From a virus (lineage: Duplodnaviria; Caudoviricetes), in IMG/VR virus record IMGVR_UViG_3300028595_000001, positions 1 through 59,893 of that record: DNA of 59,893 nucleotides; one strand, written 5' to 3'. How positions within the stretch are numbered: position 1 is the stretch's first letter; each line of letters opens with the position of its first letter. Shown here one piece after another: positions 39,455 through 51,316 of the stretch. The notes beneath the pieces were generated by a model, which was given only the letters and a program-made list of their open reading frames with translations, was not told the origin of the DNA and did not search any database. A program made the translations under genes and the position numbers.

Positions 39455-39808
39455 ATGTATAGAAAAAACACATCATATGGTGCTCAGCAACGATATATGG
39501 TGATTCAGGTTCAGAAACCATGGCGGTCAACGAAATATCGTAAATGGATCGCAAGTGAACCATGCTGTATTTGCGGCACAACCGAGGGTGTTCACGGGCA
39601 TCACGAATCTTTCGGCCTGCGGGCGAAGGGCATGGGAACAAAATACCCGGACGTTCAAATGTTGCCGATGTGCGACGGAGAGTGTCACCGGCAACGCACG
39701 GATTGGCAGGGTAAATGGTACGATTTTTATTTTGAACACAATGTCAATCCCGTGAGGGTGGCGTTTGGTTGTATTAACCGGTATTTGCAGGAGAGGGGGA
39801 TTAAATGA
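39455..39808 (+). CDS. DUF968/HNH-like nuclease
   Basis: RSTKYRKWIASEPCCICG, HH, GMGTK..D...PMC..ECH. Confidence 0.8.
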   Translation: MYRKNTSYGAQQRYMVIQVQKPWRSTKYRKWIASEPCCICGTTEGVHGHHESFGLRAKGMGTKYPDVQMLPMCDGECHRQRTDWQGKWYDFYFEHNVNPVRVAFGCINRYLQERGIK

Positions 39809-40652
39809 TAGAAGCCCTATGCCGCCGAGATTGTGTCCACATCAAAGAAGATAAAAACGAATGCCGTCTACTCCCAGATTGCCCAATACGCATACCAACC
39901 CTGATGTCGCCGGAAGACCAGCGCAATAGAAACATAGAAAAAAAATATATTAAGTACGACAAATGTGTATTCCCTATGTGCCGGTCAAAAATGCGTATCA
40001 ACGGTTATTGCGCCTTTCACAACGAAGTTGTAACCAACCGTCGAGAGCTGGGTTGGCCTGACGAAATGCTGCACTATCCGATTAAGCCTCACAAGTGTAA
40101 AATGGAGGGTTGTGACAACGAAACCGACAAAAATGTGTGTTATGCGCATCGCAAAACTATTAGAAACCGGACGAAAGCGGGAGTATCAGAAGATAAGATG
40201 TACCTGAAAACGATACGAACAAGAAAAGTGATGCCGTCAAAAAAATGTGAGGTATGTGGGCAAATGTACGAGAAAAAACCGAACGTGAGTATCAAAATTT
40301 TTCAAAAACGCCGTTTTTGTAGTCCCGAATGCTCCCAAGCGGCACAGCGGGGGGCGGAAGTGTCAGCCCGATAATTATGCCGAATAAAGAAAGATGCGAA
40401 ATGAAAGCCGAAAAAGGGGAGTGCTACCACTGCAAGCAGCCAGCACTGCCTGGATACAGGCTATGTGCATGGCATCACGAGAGCAACTTAAAGGCGAGCA
40501 GACGGTATGCCAAAAATCATCCAGAAAAAATAAAGTCGAAAAAAAAGAAACAGCAGAAAAAAATGAAAACAGAGCATCGGTGTCTTTGGTGCTATAATAT
40601 ATTGCTGGACGGCATGGGGTCAATGTGTCCTAACTGCATGGATAGGGGATAA
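39805..40652 (+). CDS. Two Cys/His-rich zinc-binding proteins (39805-40374, 40377-40652)
   Basis: Multiple CxxC and CxxH motifs; RFCSPEC. Confidence 0.6.
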
Positions 40653-40656
40653 AACA

Positions 40657-41514
40657 ATGGAATTTATTTCAAGACCTGTTCCATCAAACTTTAATATCTT
40701 TTTTTTCGGTGATTTACACATCGGCACTAAGCTTTTTTACGCTAAAGGTGTGTCGCAATTTCTGGAAGACTTGAACGGCGAGCATGATGGGTGCAAAAAC
40801 AACGTAGCGATTGGCATGGGTGACTACATAGAAGCAATTGACCATACAGACCGTAGATTTGATGTGGATTCCATTGATCTGAAAAAAATCCGGCCTCAAC
40901 AGCAGATAGAACATTTCATTAGACTGTTTGAGCCAGTTAAAGACAAGATAGCCTGTTTGCTAATCGGGAACCACGAATGGACGCTGTTAAAATATTATGA
41001 TTATGCACAATCAGCGGCACACCACTTGGGTGTCCCATACGGCACATACTCGTCAGTCGTTACATTTAAACGTAAGAAAAAAAACAAGCATATTTTAAAA
41101 GTCTATGTGAATCATGGATCAGGGTCTATCAACTCCATTGCCGACGATCCAGAAAGAGTAGAGGCCAATCTGAATTTAAGCTTGAAGCGCAAATTGAAAA
41201 ATAAGGCCGGGGATACCGCGATAATGGGCATGGGGCATACCCATAAGATACTTGTTGCAAGACCGAAAACCAAGTTGTATCTGACATCCAACGGTAGGGA
41301 ACTGGAACAGCACTACACCAAGAGTGAACAGACGGCCCAATACATACACCCAGACCATCGATGGTATATTAATACAGGATCATTTGTCCGGTCACAAATG
41401 CTTGGTATATCAGGGTACGCTGAAAGAGCAATGTACGATCCGCTTGAACTGGGTTATTGTGTTGCAAAGATTCGGGATAGAAAAATAGTTGGTGTTGATA
41501 AGGTGTTTGTATAA
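40657..41514 (+). CDS. Calcineurin-like metallophosphoesterase
   Basis: GDLHIG, MGD, GNHE, HG, MGHTH, NTGSF. Confidence 0.92.
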   Translation: MEFISRPVPSNFNIFFFGDLHIGTKLFYAKGVSQFLEDLNGEHDGCKNNVAIGMGDYIEAIDHTDRRFDVDSIDLKKIRPQQQIEHFIRLFEPVKDKIACLLIGNHEWTLLKYYDYAQSAAHHLGVPYGTYSSVVTFKRKKKNKHILKVYVNHGSGSINSIADDPERVEANLNLSLKRKLKNKAGDTAIMGMGHTHKILVARPKTKLYLTSNGRELEQHYTKSEQTAQYIHPDHRWYINTGSFVRSQMLGISGYAERAMYDPLELGYCVAKIRDRKIVGVDKVFV

Positions 41515-41542
41515 AAACAGAACAGCATAAAAGGAGAATGGT

Positions 41543-41863
41543 ATGAAATCAATTTATTTGGCATGTCCATACTGGCATGAAGACCCAGAGGTTAGAGAGG
41601 AAAGATATGTAAAAGTTAATAAACAAGCTGGTCTTTACATGAAAGAGGGGCTTATTGTTTTTTCCCCAATAAGCCACAGCCACCCAATAAGCCTCACGAT
41701 GGATAATCAAGACCATTCTTTTTGGCTTGAGCAGGATTACTATTGGCTTGACAAGTGTGATGAGTTGTGGGTGTTTACTTTGCCAGGATGGGAGGTTTCT
41801 TTTGGTGTTTCAAAGGAGATTAAAAGGGCTAAAAGTACCGGCAAGACAGTGAGGTTTGTATGA
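41543..41863 (+). CDS. DUF1937 / nucleoside deoxyribosyltransferase-like protein
   Basis: IYLACPY, FSPISHSH, CDELWV, GWEVS.GV.KEI. Confidence 0.85.
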   Translation: MKSIYLACPYWHEDPEVREERYVKVNKQAGLYMKEGLIVFSPISHSHPISLTMDNQDHSFWLEQDYYWLDKCDELWVFTLPGWEVSFGVSKEIKRAKSTGKTVRFV

Positions 41864-43317
41864 TGACAAATACAGATTGGTGGGATTGTTGGTGTCGATA
41901 AGGTGTTTGTATAAGAAAAGCCGCCCGAAGACGGCTTGATTGGTGGGATGGTTGGTGGGTTATTGTGGTTTGTTCGCCTTTTAGAAAAAATTGTCTTCAG
42001 CTTCACTCAGTTTTCGGGACCGGTGAAGCATCAAAATCCACTCAATGCAGTTGTTTCGGCTCCGGTTGTCCTTTTTGGCTTGCTCATCAATCCATTTCAA
42101 TAGTTTTTCCTCGATACGAATTGAAACTGGTACTTTCATCTTGCCCCCTTTTGTTGAAAATTCGAAGTTTAACTGCTAATCTTCAAGGATGTTTCCGTCA
42201 ATCGGGTAGAAATTAACCAGTTTCATACGGAAATTTTCGACGGCTTTCACAACCGCATCTTCCAAATGGCCGATGTTGGCATACGTCAGTTGTACCGTGG
42301 CGTTTCCATCCGACAGCGTAGCTCGCCACCGAATTCCCGGGAATAAATCATTAATGGTTTCAAACTGTTCCGATAATGTTGGCATGGCGTCCCCCTTGCT
42401 TTGTGTTGTTTTCAAATACAGCGTACACCAGTTGTAATTATGATGTCAAGCAAAAACTTCAGATAAAGGTTGTTTTTTTATTTAATAGGTGATACAGGTA
42501 AATTATGAGAGGGTCAGACTATTATTTTGCATATGGTCGTTATCATCCGGTGATAAACAAAACAGCGACCGCAGCCATAGTAATTGCGATCATTATTTTA
42601 TTTGGTATTACTTTTATTACCCGCTCAATCGAAAAGGCGTGCATGAGGGGATTAAGGAAATTAGGTTTTATTGAGCCATAGGTGGGGCATGAAGGTGTCC
42701 ATTGAATATCATGGCAAGGACATCACGGTATCCTGCGAGGATGGCCGCAAAGTCACGATACACCCAGGCGACCTAACCGACTATGGAGACAATATACACC
42801 GAAGATTACAGGATGTTAAGGCACTAATCGAAGGGACCTGCTCGCTGATGTGTAAAGATGACGGCTAAAATAATAAAACTGATCGATGGTGACATATGTA
42901 TTGAGTGCAAAAAATGTGGCAGTCAAACATGGTATGCGATAGTTGACCCCGATAGCCATCAAGATTTAATCAGGCTTGAGTGTAGCACCCAAGACTGCCC
43001 CGCAACCATACCATTTGATTTGTAAGATGATATTGAACTGATATTAGATGATTGATCCGCATAACATACCAATCAGCGGTTACATTACATTAGGTATTTT
43101 TTGGTATTTAATTAGCCTGTGGGTTGTGTGGACGGTTATGAACAAGCTGTTTAAAACAGCACTAAAATCATACGAGGCGTTAGACAACTATAAGAGGCAG
43201 CACCGTGTTTGACGACCTAATCATGTGGGCAGCATGGATTATGGTAATAGCAACCGTGGCGGTTTATTTGCTGGTGCTTATATGGTAAGCGGGCAACCCA
43301 TGTTGGGGGGTGTAAAA

Positions 43318-43520
43318 TGATAATCGTAAGAATAACAGATCAAGAGCAATGGGAGGCTCCGTTAGAGGAGGCTTTTAGGCGAAAACTTATCCGTATTGGG
43401 TTTCAATTCCCGATTACGGGGGGAATATCGGGATGGTCAAAAAACTACAGTGACTTTTCGGTCGGCGTTCTTTTCCAGCCATCACGAAAAGATTTGCTGT
43501 TTAAACGGTTTGATCTATGA
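43318..43520 (+). CDS. Hypothetical protein, paralog of 54124-54324
   Basis: Shared GF.xPITG and VLFxPSRxDL motifs. Confidence 0.6.
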
Positions 43521-43954
43521 AAGCAGACATCCCCAAAGTACCTTATAGACATATGTGGCACTTACTGCGGCTCAACGCCGACAATAAGTATTTATCAGAC
43601 CGGTATTTTCGATCATTGGCAAGAAAGGCCGTTGCAGCAGTTGACCAAAAGATCAAACAGGCAAAGGCGTATAATGAACCCCGATCTTGACGTAAGCGTA
43701 CACGCCCAATGGATTTGGAAAAGTCCGGCAAAGGACAAGTACGAGCAAATATTGCGGGATCACGCCCAAGCGATGCTGCTGGTGGCGGCGTATGCGAGCA
43801 CGGGCAGGGTTCGTCAGTTGGTGAAATCTGAATTAAGCAAGCAGAACGATGGATAGTTGGTGGGAAATCATAATCTTGTTTGTCGGTATAGCGGCGTTTT
43901 TTATCCCGGTGTACTTACATTACAAGGCTTACCACTGAGTTGCTAAAAACAAGA

Positions 43955-43978
43955 CAAGCCCCCGTTGACGAGGGCTTG
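43955..43978. terminator. Bidirectional terminator between convergent operons
   Basis: caagccc-ccgttgacga-gggcttg hairpin, A-rich upstream and T-containing downstream. Confidence 0.6.
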
Positions 43979-44196
43979 GTCTTTGGTAAATTGGCGCTAA
44001 TCGTTTTTCCGATGGTCAAAAATTCTATATGCGCCACCTCTTTCACGACAATGAGTAGGACTGATTAAAAAATCATAGTGCTCACGGTTTATTGACATCA
44101 TTAACGGCTCATCAATGCAGTAAGTATCCCTTTCTTTTTTTGAGTCAAACAAGTGGATGCCACCGCCACGGCCTGTATCTAAAGCGTAAAATGTTT

Positions 44197-44361
44197 TCAT
44201 AATCCCCCCTTTTTATCTGCATGTAACTCCATGCCCTCAAGGCAAGCCCTGGTCATGGGCTTAGGCGTTTCGTCTAATTCCATGAGTTCAAGGTTACGGC
44301 GTTGGAACCGTAGGTACAGGTCCAGCGGTATTCGTATTGTTAGTGTCTTGTAATCTTTCAT
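44197..44361 (-). CDS. Ribbon-helix-helix regulator
   Basis: KTLTIRIPLDLYLRF. Confidence 0.65.
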   Translation of the reverse strand: MKDYKTLTIRIPLDLYLRFQRRNLELMELDETPKPMTRACLEGMELHADKKGGL

Positions 44362-44609
44362 AATTCCCCCCTTAAAGCCCCCTTGCGGGGGCATGTTCTT
44401 TGATAATTTGGGTTTATTACCATCTTTTTCCGTTTTTATAAATTTTTATTGATGTCGCGTTTTTATTCACGAGTTTGTTTATAAATTCGCAGGCATCTGA
44501 ACCATAGTGAAATGTTCGCTCATAGTTTTTGCCACCTATCGACCACTTAACCTTAAATTTTCCACACATAATTCCCCCCTTAAAGCCCCCTTTCTGGGGC
44601 GGTTGATGG

Positions 44610-45062
44610 TTATAGTAAACCGGCAATTTCCATCGCCAGCGTATCGTAGCTGTCAGACGTTCTGCGGTTAGCGGTAAAAAATAGTTCTCTGCCGTCTGTG
44701 AGCTTGGCGCGTGCATAATGGGCGGTAATATTGCTTGTAAGCTTTTCGCACATTCTAAAAATGTTAATTCCCTTCACCGTCATCCACTTTTCCGGCGGTA
44801 GCACGTTTAAAGCATAGTCCCATTTTTTTTCCGGTATTTTTTCCCATGCCCCGATGTATTGGGCATCACAAGCGGCGTCTATTTGCTTAAGTGCATCATC
44901 AAAAGGGATACAGACAAACCCTGGTCCCTTCTTTTCAAGGTATTCAACAACTGTGTAGTTCTCCCCGTTCTCCCTGCCGTATCCTGTGAAGTCGCAATAT
45001 CCATTTGTCACAGTGGTCTGTATTTGTGTATCGCCTGTTTTGTATATTACGAGTTGATTCAT
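44610..45062 (-). CDS. DUF1419-like protein
   Basis: WDYALNVLPP.KW...FRMCEKLTSNIT; GGGG RBS before 45062. Confidence 0.6.
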   Translation of the reverse strand: MNQLVIYKTGDTQIQTTVTNGYCDFTGYGRENGENYTVVEYLEKKGPGFVCIPFDDALKQIDAACDAQYIGAWEKIPEKKWDYALNVLPPEKWMTVKGINIFRMCEKLTSNITAHYARAKLTDGRELFFTANRRTSDSYDTLAMEIAGLL

Positions 45063-45547
45063 GGTGTCCCCCTTATTAGATGTTAGAACTGGTTTGAATC
45101 TTTTTCCAAATTGTGTACTAACCAAGAGACATCTTCTTTTTTAACCCGCAACCGCTTACCATGCTTGATGACACCAATCACAATGATTTCACGGTTTTTG
45201 TTGATCTGCAAAGAAGACACATGGTCTTTGCCCTGTTTAATGCTGATAAACTCTGCGGACATAATATCCCCCTTTATAGATTAATGGTTATCGGTTTTTC
45301 GGTATCCATCTTAGTGGCTTTTTTATCAAGCCACCAGGCATGGGCCCTATTATATCCATCTAAATGACCCGCATTGTATCCGGTTTGACATCCGGCGATA
45401 TATGCGGCTGTGATGATTGAACAGAATAGGATTATTTTGATTGCTTTTTTCATAATTTTATTCCCAATTTTCCGGCAAATCTCCGTTAGCCATATAAAGC
45501 ATGCAATCTTCTTGGCTCGACCGGAGTCAAGCCTCATGGTTTGGCTG

Positions 45548-46147
45548 CTAAGCATTGACAAGTTTACCGGTTTTCACGCTATAAACAGGGTACGGCGCTT
45601 TTCCACTTTCAAACCAATCATGGCCGAAACAATAACCACGATTATTTTCATGGGATATTCCATCAACTACATACTCTCTAATTTGTTCCTTGATGTCTAA
45701 AGGGTTCATCAAGTAAACTGCACCCGGAGCGCAAGGTGAGCAAAACTGGGCATATGTAAAGTACGGGCTTTTCATAATAAAAATATCGCAATCATCTTGT
45801 GATTGATGTGCCTCGTACCCATCGCCTACGTAATAAAAACAGATAGGATCTTCGGGCCAAATGTCAGGGTTGTTACTATCGACGCCTTTTTCGCAATGAA
45901 CGCAAAAATACTCGTCAATTACTTCGTTGCCTTCGTTGTCTTGCATTGGGCCACCCTCAAAACTGAAATCGGCTGTTTCATCGATCTCATTGAAGCAATC
46001 AGGGCAAAACGGTTTTCCGTACTCGCCCTCGCTTTCATCATACCAAGCTTGGCCGACTTCGTTGGCAGGGATAACCCCATAACGAAAATTACCGTCTGTG
46101 TTTGTCTTGCCCAAACCGTAATCAATGCCCGCATAATCTGTTTTCAT
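45548..46147 (-). CDS. Acidic Cys-containing early protein
   Basis: AAAGGA RBS; CPDC, CVHC, FCSPCAPGA. Confidence 0.7.
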   Translation of the reverse strand: MKTDYAGIDYGLGKTNTDGNFRYGVIPANEVGQAWYDESEGEYGKPFCPDCFNEIDETADFSFEGGPMQDNEGNEVIDEYFCVHCEKGVDSNNPDIWPEDPICFYYVGDGYEAHQSQDDCDIFIMKSPYFTYAQFCSPCAPGAVYLMNPLDIKEQIREYVVDGISHENNRGYCFGHDWFESGKAPYPVYSVKTGKLVNA

Positions 46148-46194
46148 GGTTTAATCCTTTCTATACAATAAGCTTGTGCCTCATGGTTTGGCTG

Positions 46195-47040
46195 CTAATC
46201 GTTAAATGTAACTCCTAAAATATAGTCGGTTGATTTTTGGGCTTGAGCGGCTGCATGGACTAACCATTTCTTGTTGTTCTTAAGCCTTTTCATCCAATTT
46301 TTGATATAGGCGGCAGAATTATCAATCGTTTTGTTCTCAATTCCGGTTTTGCCGCAAAGAAACGCCGCGCCCATTTCGGCGACTAACTCTTCCTTGCTAT
46401 AGTCTTTAGTTCCGAACCGGTGGCTTGTTTTTTCTTTCGTGTGTCGGCCTAATCGGCCATCATGCCCGGTTGAATGTGTCAATTCATGGAAAAGTGTGCT
46501 ATAGTACTTTTCAGCGTCGATAAAGTGACCACGGTCCGGCATACCGATAGAATCAGTCGATGGCCGATAAAATGCACCCGTTTGACCGTGCTCCACTTTC
46601 GGCTTGTTGGGCATACCAGCTACAAGTTTTTCACAAGCTTCGATAGCTGGTATGTCTTTCAGTTCTGGCTTAGGGTAATCAATATCATCGCATTGAACAG
46701 CATTGAAAACCGTATAATACCGGAGGATAGGAAACCGCTTTATGCTTCCGTCTTGATCCTCTTTGTCTATCCACTTCCAAAAAATAACCGGTGTCCCTTT
46801 TTCACCCTTGCGAACGGAGCCTTTAAGTTTTTTGGCTTGTTTATAGGTCAGCCAATAAGGACAAGCAAAACCTTGCACTGCCAGCATAAAAGGATTAATC
46901 CCCCTGTACGGCTTCTTTGAAACCAGGTTTTGCGGATCAATGCCGCTACCAGCCCATGGTTTCTGCCATGGTAAAAGGTTGTCTTTTTCAACCGCTTGTT
47001 CGATACGATCAAAGATCATTTCATAGATTTTTTGGCTCAT
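46195..47040 (-). CDS. ardC: ArdC-like ssDNA-binding antirestriction protein with zincin domain
   Basis: PWQKPW, YRGIN, WLTYKQA, VRKGEKG, YTVFN, AFYRP..D.I.MP, HELTHSTGH, EELVAEMG. Confidence 0.93.
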   Translation of the reverse strand: MSQKIYEMIFDRIEQAVEKDNLLPWQKPWAGSGIDPQNLVSKKPYRGINPFMLAVQGFACPYWLTYKQAKKLKGSVRKGEKGTPVIFWKWIDKEDQDGSIKRFPILRYYTVFNAVQCDDIDYPKPELKDIPAIEACEKLVAGMPNKPKVEHGQTGAFYRPSTDSIGMPDRGHFIDAEKYYSTLFHELTHSTGHDGRLGRHTKEKTSHRFGTKDYSKEELVAEMGAAFLCGKTGIENKTIDNSAAYIKNWMKRLKNNKKWLVHAAAQAQKSTDYILGVTFND

Positions 47041-47056
47041 GGTTTAATCCTTTCTA

Positions 47057-48126
47057 TTAAAGTTTATGAAAAATCCATCCACTGTAAAAATTACTTGGTT
47101 TGCCTTCGTCTTGAACAAATTCAACCTTGCAGCGGGATTTTAACCAATTGGTATTCGGAAAGGTATAATGAGGTTTTCCAGTAACCTTAATATTGACCGC
47201 AAAAACAACCCCTTCGTGCTTTCCAGAGGTCAAATAAAATTGACAACCCGGAAATTCACTGTCCCGATAGTCTGTTCCTTCTTGCAATGTCCCAAAAGTC
47301 GGCCAGCCATCCGGTTGAACAGTGTTCCCTATTTCTGGAATATGCTTTGTTTGGCTTACTATCATGTCATGTCCTTTCTATATAGTTCTGATACCCATCA
47401 ATATATCTTTGGCGCTATCCAATTCTAACCAGGCTTCATGTAACTGATCATCACGGTTTGCGGCTAATTGGTTAGTTGAAATATTAAACCGATCATCGTT
47501 GTCTGCAATCTTATCGTCAATCAAACTCATCATTTTTTCGATGTTTTTTATTGTTTGGGCCAATCCTTTAATTTTCATGGTTTTCTCCGTGTTTTATGGT
47601 TAACAAACAAGCCAATTGGTTCAAATGTTTTGGCCTGCGACAATACGACGGCAGAAGGTCCGGTCGCAGAATTCACGAGTATAAGCTTGCTCGAAGTGGG
47701 GGTTGCTTTTTTCGGCCCTGATGTGCTCGCATACAGCGCGGAAAGATACAACAGGAAATGGATGTCCTTCACCGTATCCCATGTTATATATAATGTGTCG
47801 GTGTGTTTTAGCTTCAACGGCGTTGTGTGTAAAAATACCTGGAAAGTCTTTCATTCCTTCATTGTATTGGCGTTTAATAATGTCAAATGCTAACTTATAA
47901 GCATCTCTGTTATAGTCCATTTGGTTTCCCTCCCCTATCTATAAGAAACGGTTGAAAGTTTAACACGATAGTTATGCTTATAATCAGAGCAAAACACAAT
48001 GGCCTCGTCACCGACTACACCAGCCAAAAGCCCGGCAATGATTTTAACGCCATTGGGAGACGGTGCCTTAATCCATCGGCAGTTTAACGGCCGCTCCATC
48101 AGTCTGATTGCAAAATCCTTTTCCAT
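47057..48126 (-). CDS. Small early genes (47057-47365, 47378-47578, 47621-47920, 47935-48126)
   Basis: Each preceded by a GGAG/AAAGGA RBS. Confidence 0.65.
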
Positions 48127-48156
48127 GAGTTCCTCCGTGTTTTATGGTTTGATTAA

Positions 48157-48185
48157 ACAATATACACATACAAAACGGTTTGCAA
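48157..48185 (-). promoter_or_regulatory. Putative promoter of leftward ArdC operon
   Basis: TTGCAA-17nt-TATTGT on the minus strand, upstream of 48126. Confidence 0.5.
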
Positions 48186-48836
48186 GTGCCAAAAAACCGG
48201 AAAATGGCGGGTTATTGGAGATTAGGGGAAGATAAGAGGATAAAACAAAAAAGATCATATATTAGCGCACAATAGCTATAGCGTGTTGACTTTATCGAAA
48301 AAAGTTGATAAAAAAACGTATGGTTTTAAAGTGGGGTAAGATATGAGTTTATGGGATAGTGACTTGACGCTACAGGTCCAGCGGCTGGCAGATAAGACTG
48401 AAGAGCTGATCGATGTAATTCAATCGCTAATCATTCTATTGCAAGAACAGCGGCAAGAGCTATCAGATAAGCATGGAAGTAATGCAGCCTAAATTGACGA
48501 TAGACATCAATGCCCGATGGGATTGGCCATCACCTGCCGTTACTCCAGAAGAGCTGAAACGGCGAGACACCGCCGAACACATATTAAATATGGCAGTAGA
48601 CAGCCAAAGGGATTATATAAGCGACGTGATAGCGATGGAATGTATCAAACTGTATGCCGACTATGAAACAATTTAAGCTAAATTCATATCAACGGCGCAT
48701 CGTGGGCGTAATCGAATCGGGTGAACACTTGTCAATCATGACAGGCAGAAAACACGGCCGAACGTACTGCAATCAAATCATACAGGATATGGAACGGTTC
48801 ATCGATCAGTTGTGTAAGGACCATAAAAACTAAACA

Positions 48837-49283
48837 ATGCCACGCCGACCTGTAGGACAACCCCCAGCATACAACGACACAATAGCCCGTAAAATATGCG
48901 ACCGACTATCCGCTGGTGAATCCCTTACTGCAATATGTAAAGACCCTAAAATGCCGTCAACAAGTATGGTTTTTCGATGGCTTCGGGATGAAAGATACTC
49001 TAAGTTCAGGGATTGGTACACGCGCGCGAGGGATGACCAGGCGGAACTTGGTTTCGAGGAAATAGCGGAAATATGCAAGCTTGTCAGGTCTGGCGACCTT
49101 GATCCAAATGCCGCACGGGTCGAAATAGACGCGATCAAGTGGCGGTTGGGCAAGCTAAGGCCCTCAAAATACAGCGATAAGATACAGATTGATCAAGATA
49201 CCAACATCACGATTGAAGTCCTTAATTATGCTAACCGCAAGGCAATCCCCGTGTCTGGCAGCGCCACCCCTATAGATGAATAG
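48837..49283 (+). CDS. terS: Terminase small subunit (Sf6-like)
   Basis: ICDRLSAGESLTAIC..MPS..VFRWL..F..Y.RAR; ID.IKW.LGKL.P.KY.DK. Confidence 0.9.
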   Translation: MPRRPVGQPPAYNDTIARKICDRLSAGESLTAICKDPKMPSTSMVFRWLRDERYSKFRDWYTRARDDQAELGFEEIAEICKLVRSGDLDPNAARVEIDAIKWRLGKLRPSKYSDKIQIDQDTNITIEVLNYANRKAIPVSGSATPIDE

Positions 49284-49747
49284 CCATTCAATAAAAGTAG
49301 CTACATTGTATCCGCAACGTCTGATAAGGTATAGTAGGTAAACATCAGACAATTGTAACCCTCCGTTATTCCTTCCGATATTAAAACAGCACAAATTATC
49401 AATTTACATTGAGATTATCATCCATTTTAGACACAGATATTGATGGCATTACAAGCTAATCAGGTCCCAACTGAGCCGCCATTCAGCCGGAGCCGTGCCC
49501 CAGGCCAGCTACAGGCAGACCAGCCATCGAGGACCGGGGGGGCTACAATGAACGGTACCATACCCCCTCCCACTAATATTATAAGTCCCAACCCACAAAC
49601 CAACCCAAGGGGGGGGCATATATACGAGATTAGCCACGCCGAAACCCGGATTCTGGAAATTTTTTAGAAAAAAAGTGGGGAAGGGGTTGACACAAAATTA
49701 TACTTATGTTAATTCTCTCGTAGGAAAAGATTAACAAACTGGTCAAA

Positions 49748-49918
49748 ATGGACAAAAAAGAGCTAAAAGAGGTACTGATTCGGTTAGGTTGGACACAGGC
49801 GGAGCTTGCTCGACGGGTTGGCAAGAGTCAAGTTTCGGTAAGTCGTTGGCGGCGTGTTCCTGGTTGTGTAGTTGCGTATTTAAGGTTGTACGAGTCTGTA
49901 TCGGATGCGCTTGAGTGA
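49748..49918 (+). CDS. Small XRE-type HTH protein
   Basis: LGWTQAELARRVGKSQVSVSRW; TTGACA at 49688 upstream; below ORF-track cutoff. Confidence 0.75.
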   Translation: MDKKELKEVLIRLGWTQAELARRVGKSQVSVSRWRRVPGCVVAYLRLYESVSDALE

Positions 49919-50117
49919 TTTTTGTCAATAGGGCGAAGTCTAACTGGGAGGCTTTAAGATAAGGGGGGACAATGAAAGCACGAAAAGAAAAATACACAAA
50001 AGAAGAAATGGAAGATAAGCTTATAGAATATATTAACAAGTGGATGGAGGAAAAGGGTATTGTTGGTGTCAGGTGGAAGAAACGGGTTCGTAACGAGTCC
50101 ATTACGAGGGGGGAAAA

Positions 50118-51064
50118 GTGAAAACACCAAAAGAAAAGTACATGAACGATCCTGAATACAACTATTTAGTTTGCACGTTAGAACAACTTATTGAACAGGC
50201 ACGTTTCACACCGTCTGAGTTAAGAGAGGCATGTATTCTGGCCTGTATAAATTATGAAATGAGGCATGTTCGTGAACACAACATCGACCCGCGAGTTGAC
50301 CAAGCATTTAGGGTTCTTGACGAGTTTATTATGAGGGGGAAAAATGGCAGACATGGTTGAAAAATATATTGATAATTGGCGAAAAGAGCAAGCTGCATTG
50401 TCAGATGAGCAACGCAGGCAGGCAGAGGTAAGCTGGGAAAATCTAGAATTAAGGACACAAGACCACTTTACTGCCGACAAGTGGACTGACGCCGAAATGA
50501 AAAAGTTTGTGCAAGGCCAGCATACACTTGAGCCTGACACTACAACCGCCACTGTGAGTGGGATGGACGGTGTTGTTTTTCATGTTCCGAAAGATTTTGG
50601 CAGTCGCCGGAAAGAACTGACAATGGCCGATCTTCGACGCGACTGTTTCCCCAAGGAATACACATGGTGGACGAGGCAACCCGACGATCCTCCGCAAGAG
50701 GACAAGTTCCGCGATTTGTTGTCTGAGGTTATGCCGAAGAAGTCTGAGTCTGCTATTTGCTTTGACAAAGAAGCTGACCTACCATCTGTTTTAGATGATG
50801 TTTCAGCAAGAATATATTATTACGCTGGGAACACGCTTCCAAAAAGCTATTTTGAAGAAACGTGACAGGGGTGGTGGAATGAACTGGATAAGCGTGAGGG
50901 ACAAAACCCCAGAGAGGGAAAAAGATGTTCTGTTGTTTGACGGGCAAGAAATGATAGTTGGTGCTTTTAACGGGCTTGATTTTTGTGAAAACTATTCTGA
51001 CTATGATATAATGGTCTTTGCAACCCACTGGATGCCGCTACCCGAACCACCAGAGGCGACATGA
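50118..51064 (+). CDS. Hypotheticals (50118-50360, 50344-50865) and DUF551-like protein (50879-51064)
   Basis: WISVRDKTP...THWMPLPEPP is the DUF551 signature. Confidence 0.7.
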
Positions 51065-51316
51065 AGCTCTGCCCGAACTGCAAAAACAAGCTTGAGTTAC
51101 AGGTGACCACTCTTGGGTTGACGGTTGGGTGGTGTAAAAATTGTAGGCAATATTATTCTGCACACATTAAACCACCGGAGGCCAAATGAACCTCTGCCCG
51201 TTCTGCAACTGTGATGTACGTCCGTGGCAGGTAGGCTTTTGCCACAGAGACTTGGTTTACCACCGGCCTTGCTGGGACGTATTTTTAATTCTGGTCTTAT
51301 TGAACGAGGGGGAATT

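Noticed and set aside
49440-49667. 75-aa ORF after terS
   Set aside because: Pro-rich low-complexity translation without RBS; more likely non-coding.
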